From an uncultured Muribaculaceae bacterium (GTDB lineage: Bacteria; Bacteroidota; Bacteroidia; Bacteroidales; UBA932), in NCBI GenBank assembly GCA_964479325.1, contig CAYZKZ010000003.1, positions 339 to 64,338 on the forward strand: 64,000 nucleotides of DNA, given 5' to 3'. The notes under the pieces were generated by a model. That model saw nothing but the letters and a program-made list of their open reading frames with translations. It ran no database searches and had not been told where the DNA came from. A program made the translations under genes and the position numbers. This document shows, piece by piece, positions 1 through 9,750 of the stretch (the stretch's first letter is position 1; every line of letters begins with the position of its first letter).

Positions 1-1263
1 TACTTCTCGGGAGTGTCCGTGGAAAGCCTGTCAAGGCGGTACGGCTACAGCGCGCTGAGAATAAAGACTCTGGCCAGCGACTACAAACAAGGAAAAATTG
101 ATATCTTTGACAATCCGCAGAAGCGGAGGATAGCGACATCGATTATGACCCACCAAGAAGAAGTACGGCTTCTCCACGACAAGATCAAGGCCCCTGGAGA
201 ACGCCCTGAAGCTCTCGAACATCAAGGCCGAGGGCTACGAGGTGATGATGGGGATCCTGAAGGACGAGTACGGCATCGACCTGTCAAAAAAAGTAGAGGC
301 CGAACAGTCGAGGAACTCAAAGGGCGTCACCCGGAAGTAAGCCTTGACTCCCTTTGTGGACTGTTCGGCCTCACCAGACAGGGCCATTGGAAGCAGAGGC
401 GAGCGACCTGCTCGGAAGAGATCGACAACACCGCCATCATCAGCGAGGTCAGGCTGATCCGCAAGGACATGCCCCGCCTGGGCGCGCGAAAACTTCAGAT
501 CAAGCTCGCGGAGAGGGGCCACGACATAGGCCGGGACAGGCTGTTCAGCCTCCTGCGCGAAAGCGGGCTCCTGGTCAATCGCAGACATTACCGAGTCGTC
601 ACGACCTACTCAAGGCACTGGATGAGGAAGTGGCCAAACCTGACCAGGGGGATTGTCCCGTCCCGCCCGGACGAGGTGTGGGTCAGTGACATAACCTACG
701 TCGAGATAGCGCGGGACGCGGGGAGGACGTTCATGTACCTGTCGCTCATCACCGACGCGTACACGCACGAGATCGTGGGGCACGCCCTCCACGACACCCT
801 GGACACGGCCGGCCCCCTGAAAGCCCTGGGGATGGCCCTCGCCAAATATCCCGAGGGGGCGTTGAAAGGGCTTATCCACCATTCGGACAGAGGGTGCCAG
901 TACTGCTGTCAGGATTATGTGAACAGGCTCCAGCAGAGCGGCGTCCTCATCAGCATGACCGACAAGGGCGACCCCTACGAGAACGCGGTCGCCGAGCGGG
1001 TAAACGGCATCCTGAAGACGGAGTGGCTGTACCATACGACGCTGACGTCGCAGGCGATGGCGCGGGAAACCATTGACAGGGTGATCCATCTCTACAACAA
1101 CGAGCGGCCGCATGCAAGCATAGGGAATATGACCCCGGCGGCGGCGAGGACGGCATCACGGCAGCCAAGGAGGCTTTGGAAAAACTACTGGCGGCTAAGG
1201 CAGCAGGCGGCCGGCGGCATTGCGGCAGGCGCGCCTGGCAGTTGCGCGGCGGCGCCGTTATAA
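1..1263 (+). CDS. IS3-family transposase (OrfA 5'-truncated and fused to OrfB)
   Basis: Motifs WVSDITY, LITDAYTHEIVG, HHSDRGCQY, ENAVAERVNGILKTE and YNNERPH match the IS3 DDE catalytic core. Confidence 0.92.
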   Translation, partial: YFSGVSVESLSRRYGYSALRIKTLASDYKQGKIDIFDNPQKRRIATSIMTHQEEVRLLHDKIKAPGERPEALEHQGRGLRGDDGDPEGRVRHRPVKKSRGRTVEELKGRHPEVSLDSLCGLFGLTRQGHWKQRRATCSEEIDNTAIISEVRLIRKDMPRLGARKLQIKLAERGHDIGRDRLFSLLRESGLLVNRRHYRVVTTYSRHWMRKWPNLTRGIVPSRPDEVWVSDITYVEIARDAGRTFMYLSLITDAYTHEIVGHALHDTLDTAGPLKALGMALAKYPEGALKGLIHHSDRGCQYCCQDYVNRLQQSGVLISMTDKGDPYENAVAERVNGILKTEWLYHTTLTSQAMARETIDRVIHLYNNERPHASIGNMTPAAARTASRQPRRLWKNYWRLRQQAAGGIAAGAPGSCAAAPL

Positions 1264-1281
1264 GAATCACTCGGAATGTTG

Positions 1282-1289
1282 TATCTTTG
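1282..1289 (+). promoter_or_regulatory. Outward-facing Bacteroidetes -7 promoter element (TATCTTTG) inside the IS right end
   Basis: Matches the TAnnTTTG consensus. Outward promoters in Bacteroides IS ends are established. Confidence 0.45.
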
Positions 1290-1380
1290 TGACATCAACG
1301 TAAACCGATATCAGGACATCCGTGTCCTAACTACTTATTGTTCAACTTCGGTAAACTTATTTCAGGACTAGACAATGTGT

Positions 1381-1666
1381 GGACGCTTTCCGGCGAAGCG
1401 CCATCCCTCACCCAAGCCTGAAAGGGTTTGTGACACGCAGGCTTACGATCCGGTTCACAGAATTCCGAAGACCTCGGCCACACGAAAGCACCACAGGCTG
1501 CCTGTGGTGCATCCTGACGTGGCTGACCCTGTCCCCGAAAGGTGGGGTCGGCCACACGTGACATACGTGGAGGCCCGTCTGGAGCGCTTATGCGTGGCCG
1601 AGGCTGCGTGTGGAAAATGCTTTCGTCCCTGTCTTTGTCTCGACAAGGCTGCCCAAGGGGCGACAG
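1381..1666 (+). ncRNA. Putative multi-branched structured RNA, family unknown
   Basis: Nested helices: 1472-1481/1594-1603, 1433-1440/1604-1611, 1488-1497/1501-1510 and 1519-1529/1545-1555. GAAA tetraloops and G-U wobbles work only on the + strand. Confidence 0.55.
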
Positions 1667-1731
1667 GTAATTGTTCTTTAACATAATATTCATTGGACGG
1701 CGGGATATTCATTGGCCGGCGAGGCCGACGG

Positions 1732-2658
1732 TCATTTGATTGACTTCGCCATCTCCTCGACGCACTTGCGCTTCTGCTCCAATCCCGGGTGGACATAGAG
1801 GTTGAGGGTCGTGGACACGCTGGTGTGGCCGAGGATCGTGCTGAGCGTCTTGTAGTCGCAGCGAGTCTCCACGCAGCGGGTCGCGAAAGTGTGCCGAAGC
1901 CCGTGGAAGCGGCGCAGCGGAATGCCCAAGTAGGCGACCAAGCGCTTGAAATGATTGCGCATAGTCTGAGGCTCGGTGGGACGTGCGCCGCCGGAAATGA
2001 CAAAACACTCCCCGCTCCTCCCTTTCAATGAATATTCTGTAAGAACGTCCGCCAAATCCTTGATTATAGGAATGTCCCTGTACGAGGTGGTGGTCTTAGG
2101 AAGATCCACCGTCAACTCTGAATGCCTCGGCCCGCTGTCCAGCAGATAGACCCGGTGGACAGTCCTTCTTACCCTGATGACTCCGGACACGATGTCCACA
2201 TCCTTCCATTTCAACGCGCACACCTCCCCGATGCGCATTCCGGTCAAAAGACAGATCTGGAGTCCGAGACTGTACTTGTCCCGATGGCTTGAAAGGTAAG
2301 TCAGCAAACGCCTCTCCTCCACAACAGACAGGATCTCCATCTGGAATCTTACCCTATTCGGCGGGAAGCGCGCGTCAATGATCCGATGCTCGACCAGTCC
2401 GTGCTTCTCCCCGAAGCCAAGCAACATCTTGAGGACGACAAGCAGGCCTTTGACCGTGGATTCGCTCATTCCGACGGCCAGTTTGGAATCGACCAGTCTC
2501 TGCACCGACTCTGAGGTGACATCGTCAAGAACCCTGAACGCAGGCTCCAGATGATTGTGGATGATCAATGAATAGGCCGCCATAGTGGATAATTTCACAT
2601 AGCGTTCCTTCTCTTCCTTCCATAGTTCGCATACATCGTGAAACGAAATTTGTGACAT
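1732..2658 (-). CDS. Tyrosine recombinase/integrase (308 aa, no arm-binding domain)
   Basis: Catalytic residues intact: TGMRIGE (R), LPKT (K), HGLRH (HxxR), LGH, and NLYVH (Y). Confidence 0.93.
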   Translation of the reverse strand: MSQISFHDVCELWKEEKERYVKLSTMAAYSLIIHNHLEPAFRVLDDVTSESVQRLVDSKLAVGMSESTVKGLLVVLKMLLGFGEKHGLVEHRIIDARFPPNRVRFQMEILSVVEERRLLTYLSSHRDKYSLGLQICLLTGMRIGEVCALKWKDVDIVSGVIRVRRTVHRVYLLDSGPRHSELTVDLPKTTTSYRDIPIIKDLADVLTEYSLKGRSGECFVISGGARPTEPQTMRNHFKRLVAYLGIPLRRFHGLRHTFATRCVETRCDYKTLSTILGHTSVSTTLNLYVHPGLEQKRKCVEEMAKSIK

Positions 2659-2995
2659 AATGACTCAGTTTTAAATATTTATTAATAAAGGGTGAATATC
2701 GCCATTACTGACACTTTCCGAAGCCTTACAATTAGTGAGTGAAAGTGAATGAAATCCTTAAAACGATAAAATTTTATGTGGTTTATCGGACAAAACGTCA
2801 CAAAAACGTTGGATATTCAGGAAAAAGTGTTTATATTGCAGAACGTTCGCCGGATTTATTGTGCGATTGAACTTGGGGAGAACGTATGATTTGCCCGCAA
2901 CGGGCTGTGGGCGGGATGATGTGTAAAAACAAAAATTTAGAATAAATTAAAGGTCAAGTTTAACAAAGTCTGAATTATTCCAAATCATTAAACTT

Positions 2996-5900
2996 ATGGG
3001 TAAAAAATTTTTCACAATCGCGCTGTGCCTGATCATCAGCATAGGTACGGCCCTGGCTCAGACCCAGAATGTCTCTGGAGTCGTGAACTCGGATGACGGA
3101 CAGCCGGTAGCCGGCGCATCCATCATTGTCTCCGGGACAGCGATCGGCACCTACGCCGATGCCAACGGAAAGTTCTCGCTTTCCAACGTTCCGGCCAACG
3201 CCACACAGCTTGAGGTCTCTTTCCTTGGAATGAAGGCTCAGACCGTAAAGATCGCTCCGTACGTGTCAGTCACACTTCTCGCGGAGGCCAACTCGATCAA
3301 CGAGACTGTCGTTGTGGCTTACGGTACTCAGAAGAGGGAATCCATCACTGGTTCTGTCTCCCAGATTGACGAGAAAAAACTTGAGCTGCGCACAACTACC
3401 TCAGCCACAGGGGCTTTGGAAGGTGCCGCTCCAGGCGTTCAGGTCAACAACACCTACGGTGAGCCGGGTGCTGCCCCTACGATCCGAATCCGTGGATTCG
3501 GTTCGGTGAACGGTTCCAACACGCCGCTGTTCGTTGTCGATGGAGCTCCGTTCGAAGGCAACATCGCCGAGATCAACCCTGCCGACATCGCCAGTATCTC
3601 CGTCCTGAAGGACGCCGCGTCAGCCGCCCTCTACGGTAACCGTGCCGCCAACGGAGTCGTCCTCATCACCACCAAGAGCGGAAAAGGCTCTACCGATCCT
3701 TCCGTCACCGTGAAGATCAACCAGGGTATCTACACCCGCGGCCTTCCTGAGTACGACACCCTCAATCCTGACGAGTGGATGGAGGTTTCCTGGGCAGCGA
3801 TGAGGAACTACGCTATGCACAGTTCCCTTAAGCTTGACGCCACCGCCGCCGGCACCTACGCTACAGAGCATCTCATCGCCGACTACGCCAAACTGAACAT
3901 CTACGACGGAGCCAACGACGCTCTGTTCGACGCCAACGGAAAGCTCATAGCCAAGAGAAAGAGCGTCTATGACGACCTTAACTGGTTCGACGCCGTCGAG
4001 CGCACCGGCTACCGTCAGGACTACTCAGTGTCCGGAAGCGTGGCTTCCAGCAAATTCAACGTCTATGCCTCCCTCGGCTACACCAACGAGCAGGGCTACA
4101 TCGTTGCCAGCGACTACGAAAGAATGACAGGACGTATCAACACGACCTTCACTCCTAACAAGTGGTTCAAGACCGGCATCAACGTCAACGCTACCGTCTC
4201 CGAGAGGAACTTCAATGACAACGCGACGGGCAGTTACTACGCCAACCCGTTCTACATCGCAAGATACACCGCTCCTATCTACCCTTACTATCTCCACAAC
4301 GCCGACGGCTCGTTCGCCCTTGACGCCAACGGAGAGAAGCAGTACGACACCGTGGCCGACTATCTGGACAACAGAAACGTCGCCTACGAGCTCAGGACTG
4401 ACAAGCAGAACTCGCACCGCAACGTGCTGGGCGGCCAGGCTTTCGCCACAGTCACCCTGCCTTACGGATTCTCCGCCACAGTGAAGGGAATCGTGAACCA
4501 TTCCACCACCGCCACAGAGAAGTACAACAACCCTGAGATCGGCGACGGTGCCACGAACAACGGACGTTTCACCGACACCCACTACCGCTACCACGACTAC
4601 ACCCTTTCAGAGATGCTGACCTGGGAGCGCGAATTCGGACTCCACCACGTCGATGTACTCGCCGGTCACGAGAACTACTCCTACCTTCGCAAGTACCAAA
4701 GCTCGATGAACACGAATATGGCGGTTCCGGGCAACATCGTCCTCGGCAACTTCCTCACAGATTCCTATACCTCAGGATCAAACGACAACTACAGGGTAGA
4801 ATCCTACCTCGCCCGTGTCCGCTACAACTTCGCAGAGAAGTACTTCTTCGACGCTTCGTTCCGTCGTGACGGATCATCGAGATTCAATCCGGACAACCGC
4901 TGGGGTAACTTCTTCTCAGTCGGAGCGAACTGGAACATCAAGAAGGAAAGCTTTATGGAGAACGTTGACAAGATCGACGCCCTCAAGCTCCGCGCCGCTT
5001 ACGGAGAGGTCGGCAACGACGCCGGCGTAGGTTTCTACGGCTACCAGGCTCTGTACGAGATCGACAAGAACGGCGGAAAGACATCCCTCATCAAGAAGAG
5101 CCTCGCCGCCAATGACATCAGCTGGGAGACCACCCAGACAATCGACGTGGCCGTCGAGGGACGCGCGTTCGACAGAGTCAACTTCAGTTTAGGCTACTTC
5201 GACAAGAGATCCAAGGATCTTCTTTTCGACGTCCAGCTTCCTCTCTCAGCCGGTTCCTGGTCTCACGGAGATGGTTGGAATATGACAGTCAGCAAGAACA
5301 TCGGTTCGGTCTCCAACCGCGGTATCGAGCTTTCGACTGACGTGGATGTCATCAGAAACGGCCACTGGCTCTGGAACGTAGGGCTTGACGCCACATTCCT
5401 CAAGAACAAGATCATCACCCTCCCTGACCACGAGCCGATCACCGTCAGCAGCATCCGCCGCTACGAGGAAGGACACTCAGTCTATGAGTTCTACGCCTAC
5501 AACTTCGTAGGAGTCGATCAGACCAACGGTTACTCACTCTACAAGATCGACCCTGATATGAAGGCTGACGCAGAGAAGGCCAACGAGCTTGTGACCATCA
5601 ACGGCACGGACTACACCTACGACTACAACTACGCTCTGCGTGACTGGTGCGGATCCGCCATTCCTTGGGCCTACGGTTCGTTCAACACTTCCCTCACCTG
5701 GAAGAACTTCACCCTCAGCGCCCTCTTCACCTACAGCCTCGGCGGAAAGGTTTACGACAGCTCCTACGCCAGCCTGATGTCCACCGGCAGCGCATCCAGC
5801 GCAAGCCAGAACCACAAGGACATCCTCAAGTCCTGGACCGCCCAGCCTTCCGGAATGACAGAGGCCAACAGAATCGATCCTGACGGAATTCCGATCGTGG

Positions 5901-6178
5901 ATTTCGAGAGGAGCAAGTACAACAACGCCGCCGGCAGCCGCTGGCTTCAGGACGCGTCCTACTTCGTCGTGAAGAACATCAACCTTGGCTACCGCATTCC
6001 TAAGAGACTGACCGAGAAGATCAACGTGAAGGGCATCCTCCTCAACGCCAGCGTCGAGAACCTTGTCACCATCACATCCCTCAAGGGTATGAACCCTCAG
6101 TACTCTTTCAGCGGATCATCCGACAACACCTACGGAACAGCTCGTGTGTTCAACCTTGGTGTAACTCTTGATCTTTAA
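2996..6178 (+). CDS. SusC/RagA TonB-dependent outer membrane transporter
   Basis: Signal peptide, plug motifs VVVAYGTQK and LKDAASAALYGNRAANGVVLITTK, and a beta-barrel C-terminus. Confidence 0.96.
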   Translation: MGKKFFTIALCLIISIGTALAQTQNVSGVVNSDDGQPVAGASIIVSGTAIGTYADANGKFSLSNVPANATQLEVSFLGMKAQTVKIAPYVSVTLLAEANSINETVVVAYGTQKRESITGSVSQIDEKKLELRTTTSATGALEGAAPGVQVNNTYGEPGAAPTIRIRGFGSVNGSNTPLFVVDGAPFEGNIAEINPADIASISVLKDAASAALYGNRAANGVVLITTKSGKGSTDPSVTVKINQGIYTRGLPEYDTLNPDEWMEVSWAAMRNYAMHSSLKLDATAAGTYATEHLIADYAKLNIYDGANDALFDANGKLIAKRKSVYDDLNWFDAVERTGYRQDYSVSGSVASSKFNVYASLGYTNEQGYIVASDYERMTGRINTTFTPNKWFKTGINVNATVSERNFNDNATGSYYANPFYIARYTAPIYPYYLHNADGSFALDANGEKQYDTVADYLDNRNVAYELRTDKQNSHRNVLGGQAFATVTLPYGFSATVKGIVNHSTTATEKYNNPEIGDGATNNGRFTDTHYRYHDYTLSEMLTWEREFGLHHVDVLAGHENYSYLRKYQSSMNTNMAVPGNIVLGNFLTDSYTSGSNDNYRVESYLARVRYNFAEKYFFDASFRRDGSSRFNPDNRWGNFFSVGANWNIKKESFMENVDKIDALKLRAAYGEVGNDAGVGFYGYQALYEIDKNGGKTSLIKKSLAANDISWETTQTIDVAVEGRAFDRVNFSLGYFDKRSKDLLFDVQLPLSAGSWSHGDGWNMTVSKNIGSVSNRGIELSTDVDVIRNGHWLWNVGLDATFLKNKIITLPDHEPITVSSIRRYEEGHSVYEFYAYNFVGVDQTNGYSLYKIDPDMKADAEKANELVTINGTDYTYDYNYALRDWCGSAIPWAYGSFNTSLTWKNFTLSALFTYSLGGKVYDSSYASLMSTGSASSASQNHKDILKSWTAQPSGMTEANRIDPDGIPIVDFERSKYNNAAGSRWLQDASYFVVKNINLGYRIPKRLTEKINVKGILLNASVENLVTITSLKGMNPQYSFSGSSDNTYGTARVFNLGVTLDL

Positions 6179-6205
6179 TCTAAACCAACAAATAAAGAAT
6201 TGAAT

Positions 6206-7852
6206 ATGAAACCTTTCGTTAAAATAATAGGTATATTCGCAGCCGGAGCGGCCATTGTGTCCGGATGCGGGAAGGACTATCTCGACACCGCCCCGACGGA
6301 CTCCGTGAGCGCGGAACTCGCTGCCGTCAATTTCCAGAACGCCTATGCGTCCCTGAACGGAATCGCCGAGACAATGTGCACCCAGCAGTATATGGGAAGC
6401 CAAGGAGACTGCGGTGAGAATGCTGTGATCAGGCTCTTCGAGAACTACCCGAGCCAGGACTACACCTACAACGCCTACGCCTCAGGCTGGTCCACAGTCC
6501 ATAATATGGGCTTCTGCAACAACAAGACAACCAAGTACTGTTTCTACGCCTGGTACTACTACTACAACATCATCGGGCAGGCCAACACTCTCCTTGCGAA
6601 GATCGACGCCAGCTCCGCCACCGACGAGGAGAAATCCTTCATCAAGGGTGCGGCCTTGACCTTCAGGGCCTACGGCTACCAGAAGCTCCTCCAGTACTAT
6701 GCGAAACGCTGGGTAGATTCAGGCAACGGATCATCAGACGGTGTTCCGCTCAGACTCGACGAGTCAACAGGCGACCTCCCTGTGTCAACTGAGGAAGAGG
6801 TTTACAGTCAGATCTACGCCGACTGCGAGGAGGCCATCTCCGAGTTCGGCAAGACAAGCGTCACCCGCGAGGAAGGCGATGTCTGGATTCCTAACGTCAA
6901 CGTGGCGCACGCTGTCTATGCGAGAGCCGCCCTCACCAGACAGGACTACTCCAAGGCACTTTCAGAGGCGAAACTCGCCGAGGACGGCTACCCTCTCGTG
7001 AAGGGAGAGGCCTACAACGACGGCTTCTGCAGGCCGAACAGCGAGTGGATCTTCGGCAGCTTCGGAGACGAGACCGAGAACGGTTGGTACTGGACCTACG
7101 GAACTCAGTTCTCCTGCAACGGCTACTACGCTTCCGCTTCCGCTAACGGAGCCGGTGGAATCAACACTGAACTCACAGACCAGATCACTGACAACAACGA
7201 TGTCCGCAAGGCTCTGTTCCTCACCACCGACAAGTTCCCATCCTACAAGGACGGAGATGTTGACAAAGGTCAGGGTTACCTCGGATTTACCGTGGAGAAT
7301 AACAAGAAAGTTGTCAAGAACGCCGACCTCTACGCCGAGGTAAAGGCTTATGTGGCAAGCAAGGCCGTCACAGGATTCACCGCTCCTCTTGCACCTGGCT
7401 ACTACAGGCTTGGAGACCACCTCAAGTACTACACTTTCGGAACTCCAGGAGTAGGCTACTTGGCTTTCATCAGAGCCTCCGAGATGGTTCTCATCGAGGC
7501 TGAGGCTAACTACTACCTCGGAAACGAGAGCGCCGCGCAGGCAGCCCTCAACAAGTTGAACGTGGAGACCGGCAGGACAACCTACACCTGCACCACCACG
7601 GGTGATGCCCTGATCAAGGACATCAGAAACTACCGCGAGCTTGAGCTTTGGGGCGAGGGATTCGGATTCAGCGACTACAAGCGCTGGAAACTCCCTATCA
7701 ACAGAAAGGGACTCAGCAAGGGCGGCAACATCCACGACGCCATCGCCGTTGAGATCGGTGTTGACGACAACAACGGATGGACCTACGTCTTCCCAGAGAG
7801 AGAGACCCTCTACAACAAAGCCATCGGAGGCGGAAGCTCTACCGCTGAATAG
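6206..7852 (+). CDS. SusD/RagB nutrient-binding lipoprotein
   Basis: Lipobox VSGC, motifs RASEMVLIEAEA and ELWGEG, directly downstream of susC. Confidence 0.94.
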   Translation: MKPFVKIIGIFAAGAAIVSGCGKDYLDTAPTDSVSAELAAVNFQNAYASLNGIAETMCTQQYMGSQGDCGENAVIRLFENYPSQDYTYNAYASGWSTVHNMGFCNNKTTKYCFYAWYYYYNIIGQANTLLAKIDASSATDEEKSFIKGAALTFRAYGYQKLLQYYAKRWVDSGNGSSDGVPLRLDESTGDLPVSTEEEVYSQIYADCEEAISEFGKTSVTREEGDVWIPNVNVAHAVYARAALTRQDYSKALSEAKLAEDGYPLVKGEAYNDGFCRPNSEWIFGSFGDETENGWYWTYGTQFSCNGYYASASANGAGGINTELTDQITDNNDVRKALFLTTDKFPSYKDGDVDKGQGYLGFTVENNKKVVKNADLYAEVKAYVASKAVTGFTAPLAPGYYRLGDHLKYYTFGTPGVGYLAFIRASEMVLIEAEANYYLGNESAAQAALNKLNVETGRTTYTCTTTGDALIKDIRNYRELELWGEGFGFSDYKRWKLPINRKGLSKGGNIHDAIAVEIGVDDNNGWTYVFPERETLYNKAIGGGSSTAE

Positions 7853-7876
7853 GCTGTAAATAAAAGATAATAATAG

Positions 7877-7911
7877 ACTCCGGCCACTTCGACAAACTCA
7901 GTGACCGGAGT
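7877..7911 (+). terminator. REP-derived hairpin or terminator after susD
   Basis: ACTCCGGCCACTTCGACAAACTCAGTGACCGGAGT followed by TTATTT. It is a variant of the 25-bp REP. Confidence 0.6.
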
Positions 7912-8006
7912 TTATTTGTACCCACCAATGAACCAACAGGACTACCGACAGACATAACATTGCCTACCAAGAAGCACACAACATTCAAATCATAATGCCC
8001 AAGCAG

Positions 8007-8130
8007 GCATAGCTGCCGCCCTCGTTGCCGCAGAGGAAAATATTTTGTAACTTTACGGGCATATTCAGAAGCCAGTGCAACTTCGCTAAAATGACCAAGA
8101 TATGAAAAGGATATATTTGCCGCCGCTGGC
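8007..8130 (+). repeat. ~120-bp direct repeat, copy 1 (orphan duplicate of the subtilase promoter and 5' end)
   Basis: Near-identical to 9751-9868. Includes GTAACTTTACGGGCATATTCAGAAGCC and ATG AAA AGG ATA TAT TTG CCG (MKRIYLP). Confidence 0.9.
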
Positions 8131-8155
8131 TGAAAAGCGTGCGGGGTTAGCACCG

Positions 8156-9448
8156 TTACGGTTTCAGGCAGCCGACAGGCACGACCAAAACCCCGTCCTT
8201 ACGTGTGTAGGCGAACTGCCCGACAGCGGTAAGAACCATAAGGAATGAGGGGCTTTTCATCTTGTCGGTGTCAATCCGGGCAGCCAAAGCCTTCAGGGTG
8301 GCGGTCCCCTCTTCTATGCCCGTGCTGCCACCTAATTTCACCTCTATCAGCCCGTAGCGTCCGCCACGCAGGTGCATCACCGCATCGCACTCCAGACCGC
8401 TTTTATCCCGGTAGTGGTACATCGTCCCGGACAGGGCGTCGGCATAACAGCGCAGATCGCGCACGGCCAACGTCTCGAAGAGCAGCCCCATAGTATTCAA
8501 GTCGCCAAGCAGGTCGTCGGGGCCCATCTCCAATGCCGCCACGGCTATCGAGGGATCGACGAAATAACGGGTATCGCTGCTGCGGATAGCCGTTTTCGAG
8601 CGCAGGTTGGGATTCCAAGCCAAGGCATCTTCCACCACGAATATTTTCTTCAACGCCACAAGATACTCCGATATTGTATTTTCCGACAGCCTCTCCACCT
8701 CGTTCGTCGAAATGTCCCCGGAGATGGTGGCAAGCGAAGCCTGCGAACCTTGATGTCGGGCATAGGAGCGCATAAGACGTTTCACACGTTCGGGGTTCTT
8801 CACGACCCCGTCCACTTTGGATATGTCCGTACGCGCCACGGCCTGATAGTATTCCGTCGCCACCAACTGCGCCGCTGCCGCAGACTTTTTCCGGAGAGAA
8901 GCGGGCCAGCCGCCGCGACACATCATAAAAGCGATGTCCCCCAATTTATGGTCGGGGGCCTTCAGGGCAAAATCCGTATTCCCGCCGAACAGTTCGGCAA
9001 GGCTGACCGTGCCTTCGGACTCCCCGGACTCGAACAGGCTCATCGGGCGCATCTTCAGCCACGAGAACCGCCCCGTCCCGGTATGGTGGATCTCTTCGAG
9101 CTTCTCTTTACCGGGAGCCGCCGAGCCGGTCAGGATGAACTGTCCCTCCTTGTCCCTATGATCCACCTCGAAACGGACGGCATCCCACAGTTTCGGGGCT
9201 TCCTGCCACTCGTCGATAAGCATAGGGGCTTCACCCGAAAGCAACACCCTCGGATGCAGGTCTATCATTTCCATATTCTGCCGGAACGTGTCCGTGTCCG
9301 CCAGATAAAGCACGCTTTTTGCCGCCTGTTCCGCTGTCGTGGTCTTGCCGCACCACTTGGCTCCCTCGATAAGCACCGCGCCTATGGCGTCCAGTTTCTC
9401 CGCAAGCAGCTTGTCAGCTATCCTCGTCCTGTAAGTTTTATTATCCAT
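8156..9448 (-). CDS. AAA_14 ATPase with DUF4143 / PD-(D/E)xK-like C-terminal domain
   Basis: Walker A GAKWCGKTT, Walker B LIDEWQ, ILTGS, YFVDPS and ECDAV...IEVK. Confidence 0.9.
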   Translation of the reverse strand: MDNKTYRTRIADKLLAEKLDAIGAVLIEGAKWCGKTTTAEQAAKSVLYLADTDTFRQNMEMIDLHPRVLLSGEAPMLIDEWQEAPKLWDAVRFEVDHRDKEGQFILTGSAAPGKEKLEEIHHTGTGRFSWLKMRPMSLFESGESEGTVSLAELFGGNTDFALKAPDHKLGDIAFMMCRGGWPASLRKKSAAAAQLVATEYYQAVARTDISKVDGVVKNPERVKRLMRSYARHQGSQASLATISGDISTNEVERLSENTISEYLVALKKIFVVEDALAWNPNLRSKTAIRSSDTRYFVDPSIAVAALEMGPDDLLGDLNTMGLLFETLAVRDLRCYADALSGTMYHYRDKSGLECDAVMHLRGGRYGLIEVKLGGSTGIEEGTATLKALAARIDTDKMKSPSFLMVLTAVGQFAYTRKDGVLVVPVGCLKP

Positions 9449-9750
9449 CTGTTCCAATTTATCACGTCAATAATCTTATGTAAAGATAATCACAAAACGC
9501 TTATCCTCCAAAGTTTTTACGAATCACTTTGCCATTTGGCGTTATTTTGCTTTGGCGTTTGGCATTTTACCACTTGGTTATTTGGCTTAGTTCCGCTTGG
9601 CAATTTGGCGCAAAAGCAATAGGGAATTTGGCGGCTATTTGTTACGTAAAATGGCCCATCCATATTCTGTCAGGATATGATCGCGGCTAAAAGACCGGAG
9701 TCAACTTCTCCAGGGAGAACCGCCGCATCGACGGATGGAAGGTTGTCAAT

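Larger units (their letters stand above)
1..1374 (+). mobile_element. IS3-family insertion sequence, left end outside the window
   Basis: OrfA/OrfB layout with an A7G slippery run at 286-293. The rve/DDE domain is present. The probable right terminal IR is GTAAACTTATTTCAGGACTAGACA (1351-1374, ending in CA), with an internal partial copy at 1300-1318. Confidence 0.88.

Noticed and set aside
1331-1693. Short ORFs in the IS-integrase gap
   Set aside because: No motifs and overlapping on both strands; the region is better explained by RNA structure.
2659-2995. Invertible promoter between the recombinase and susC
   Set aside because: I could not find a convincing inverted-repeat pair flanking the promoter.
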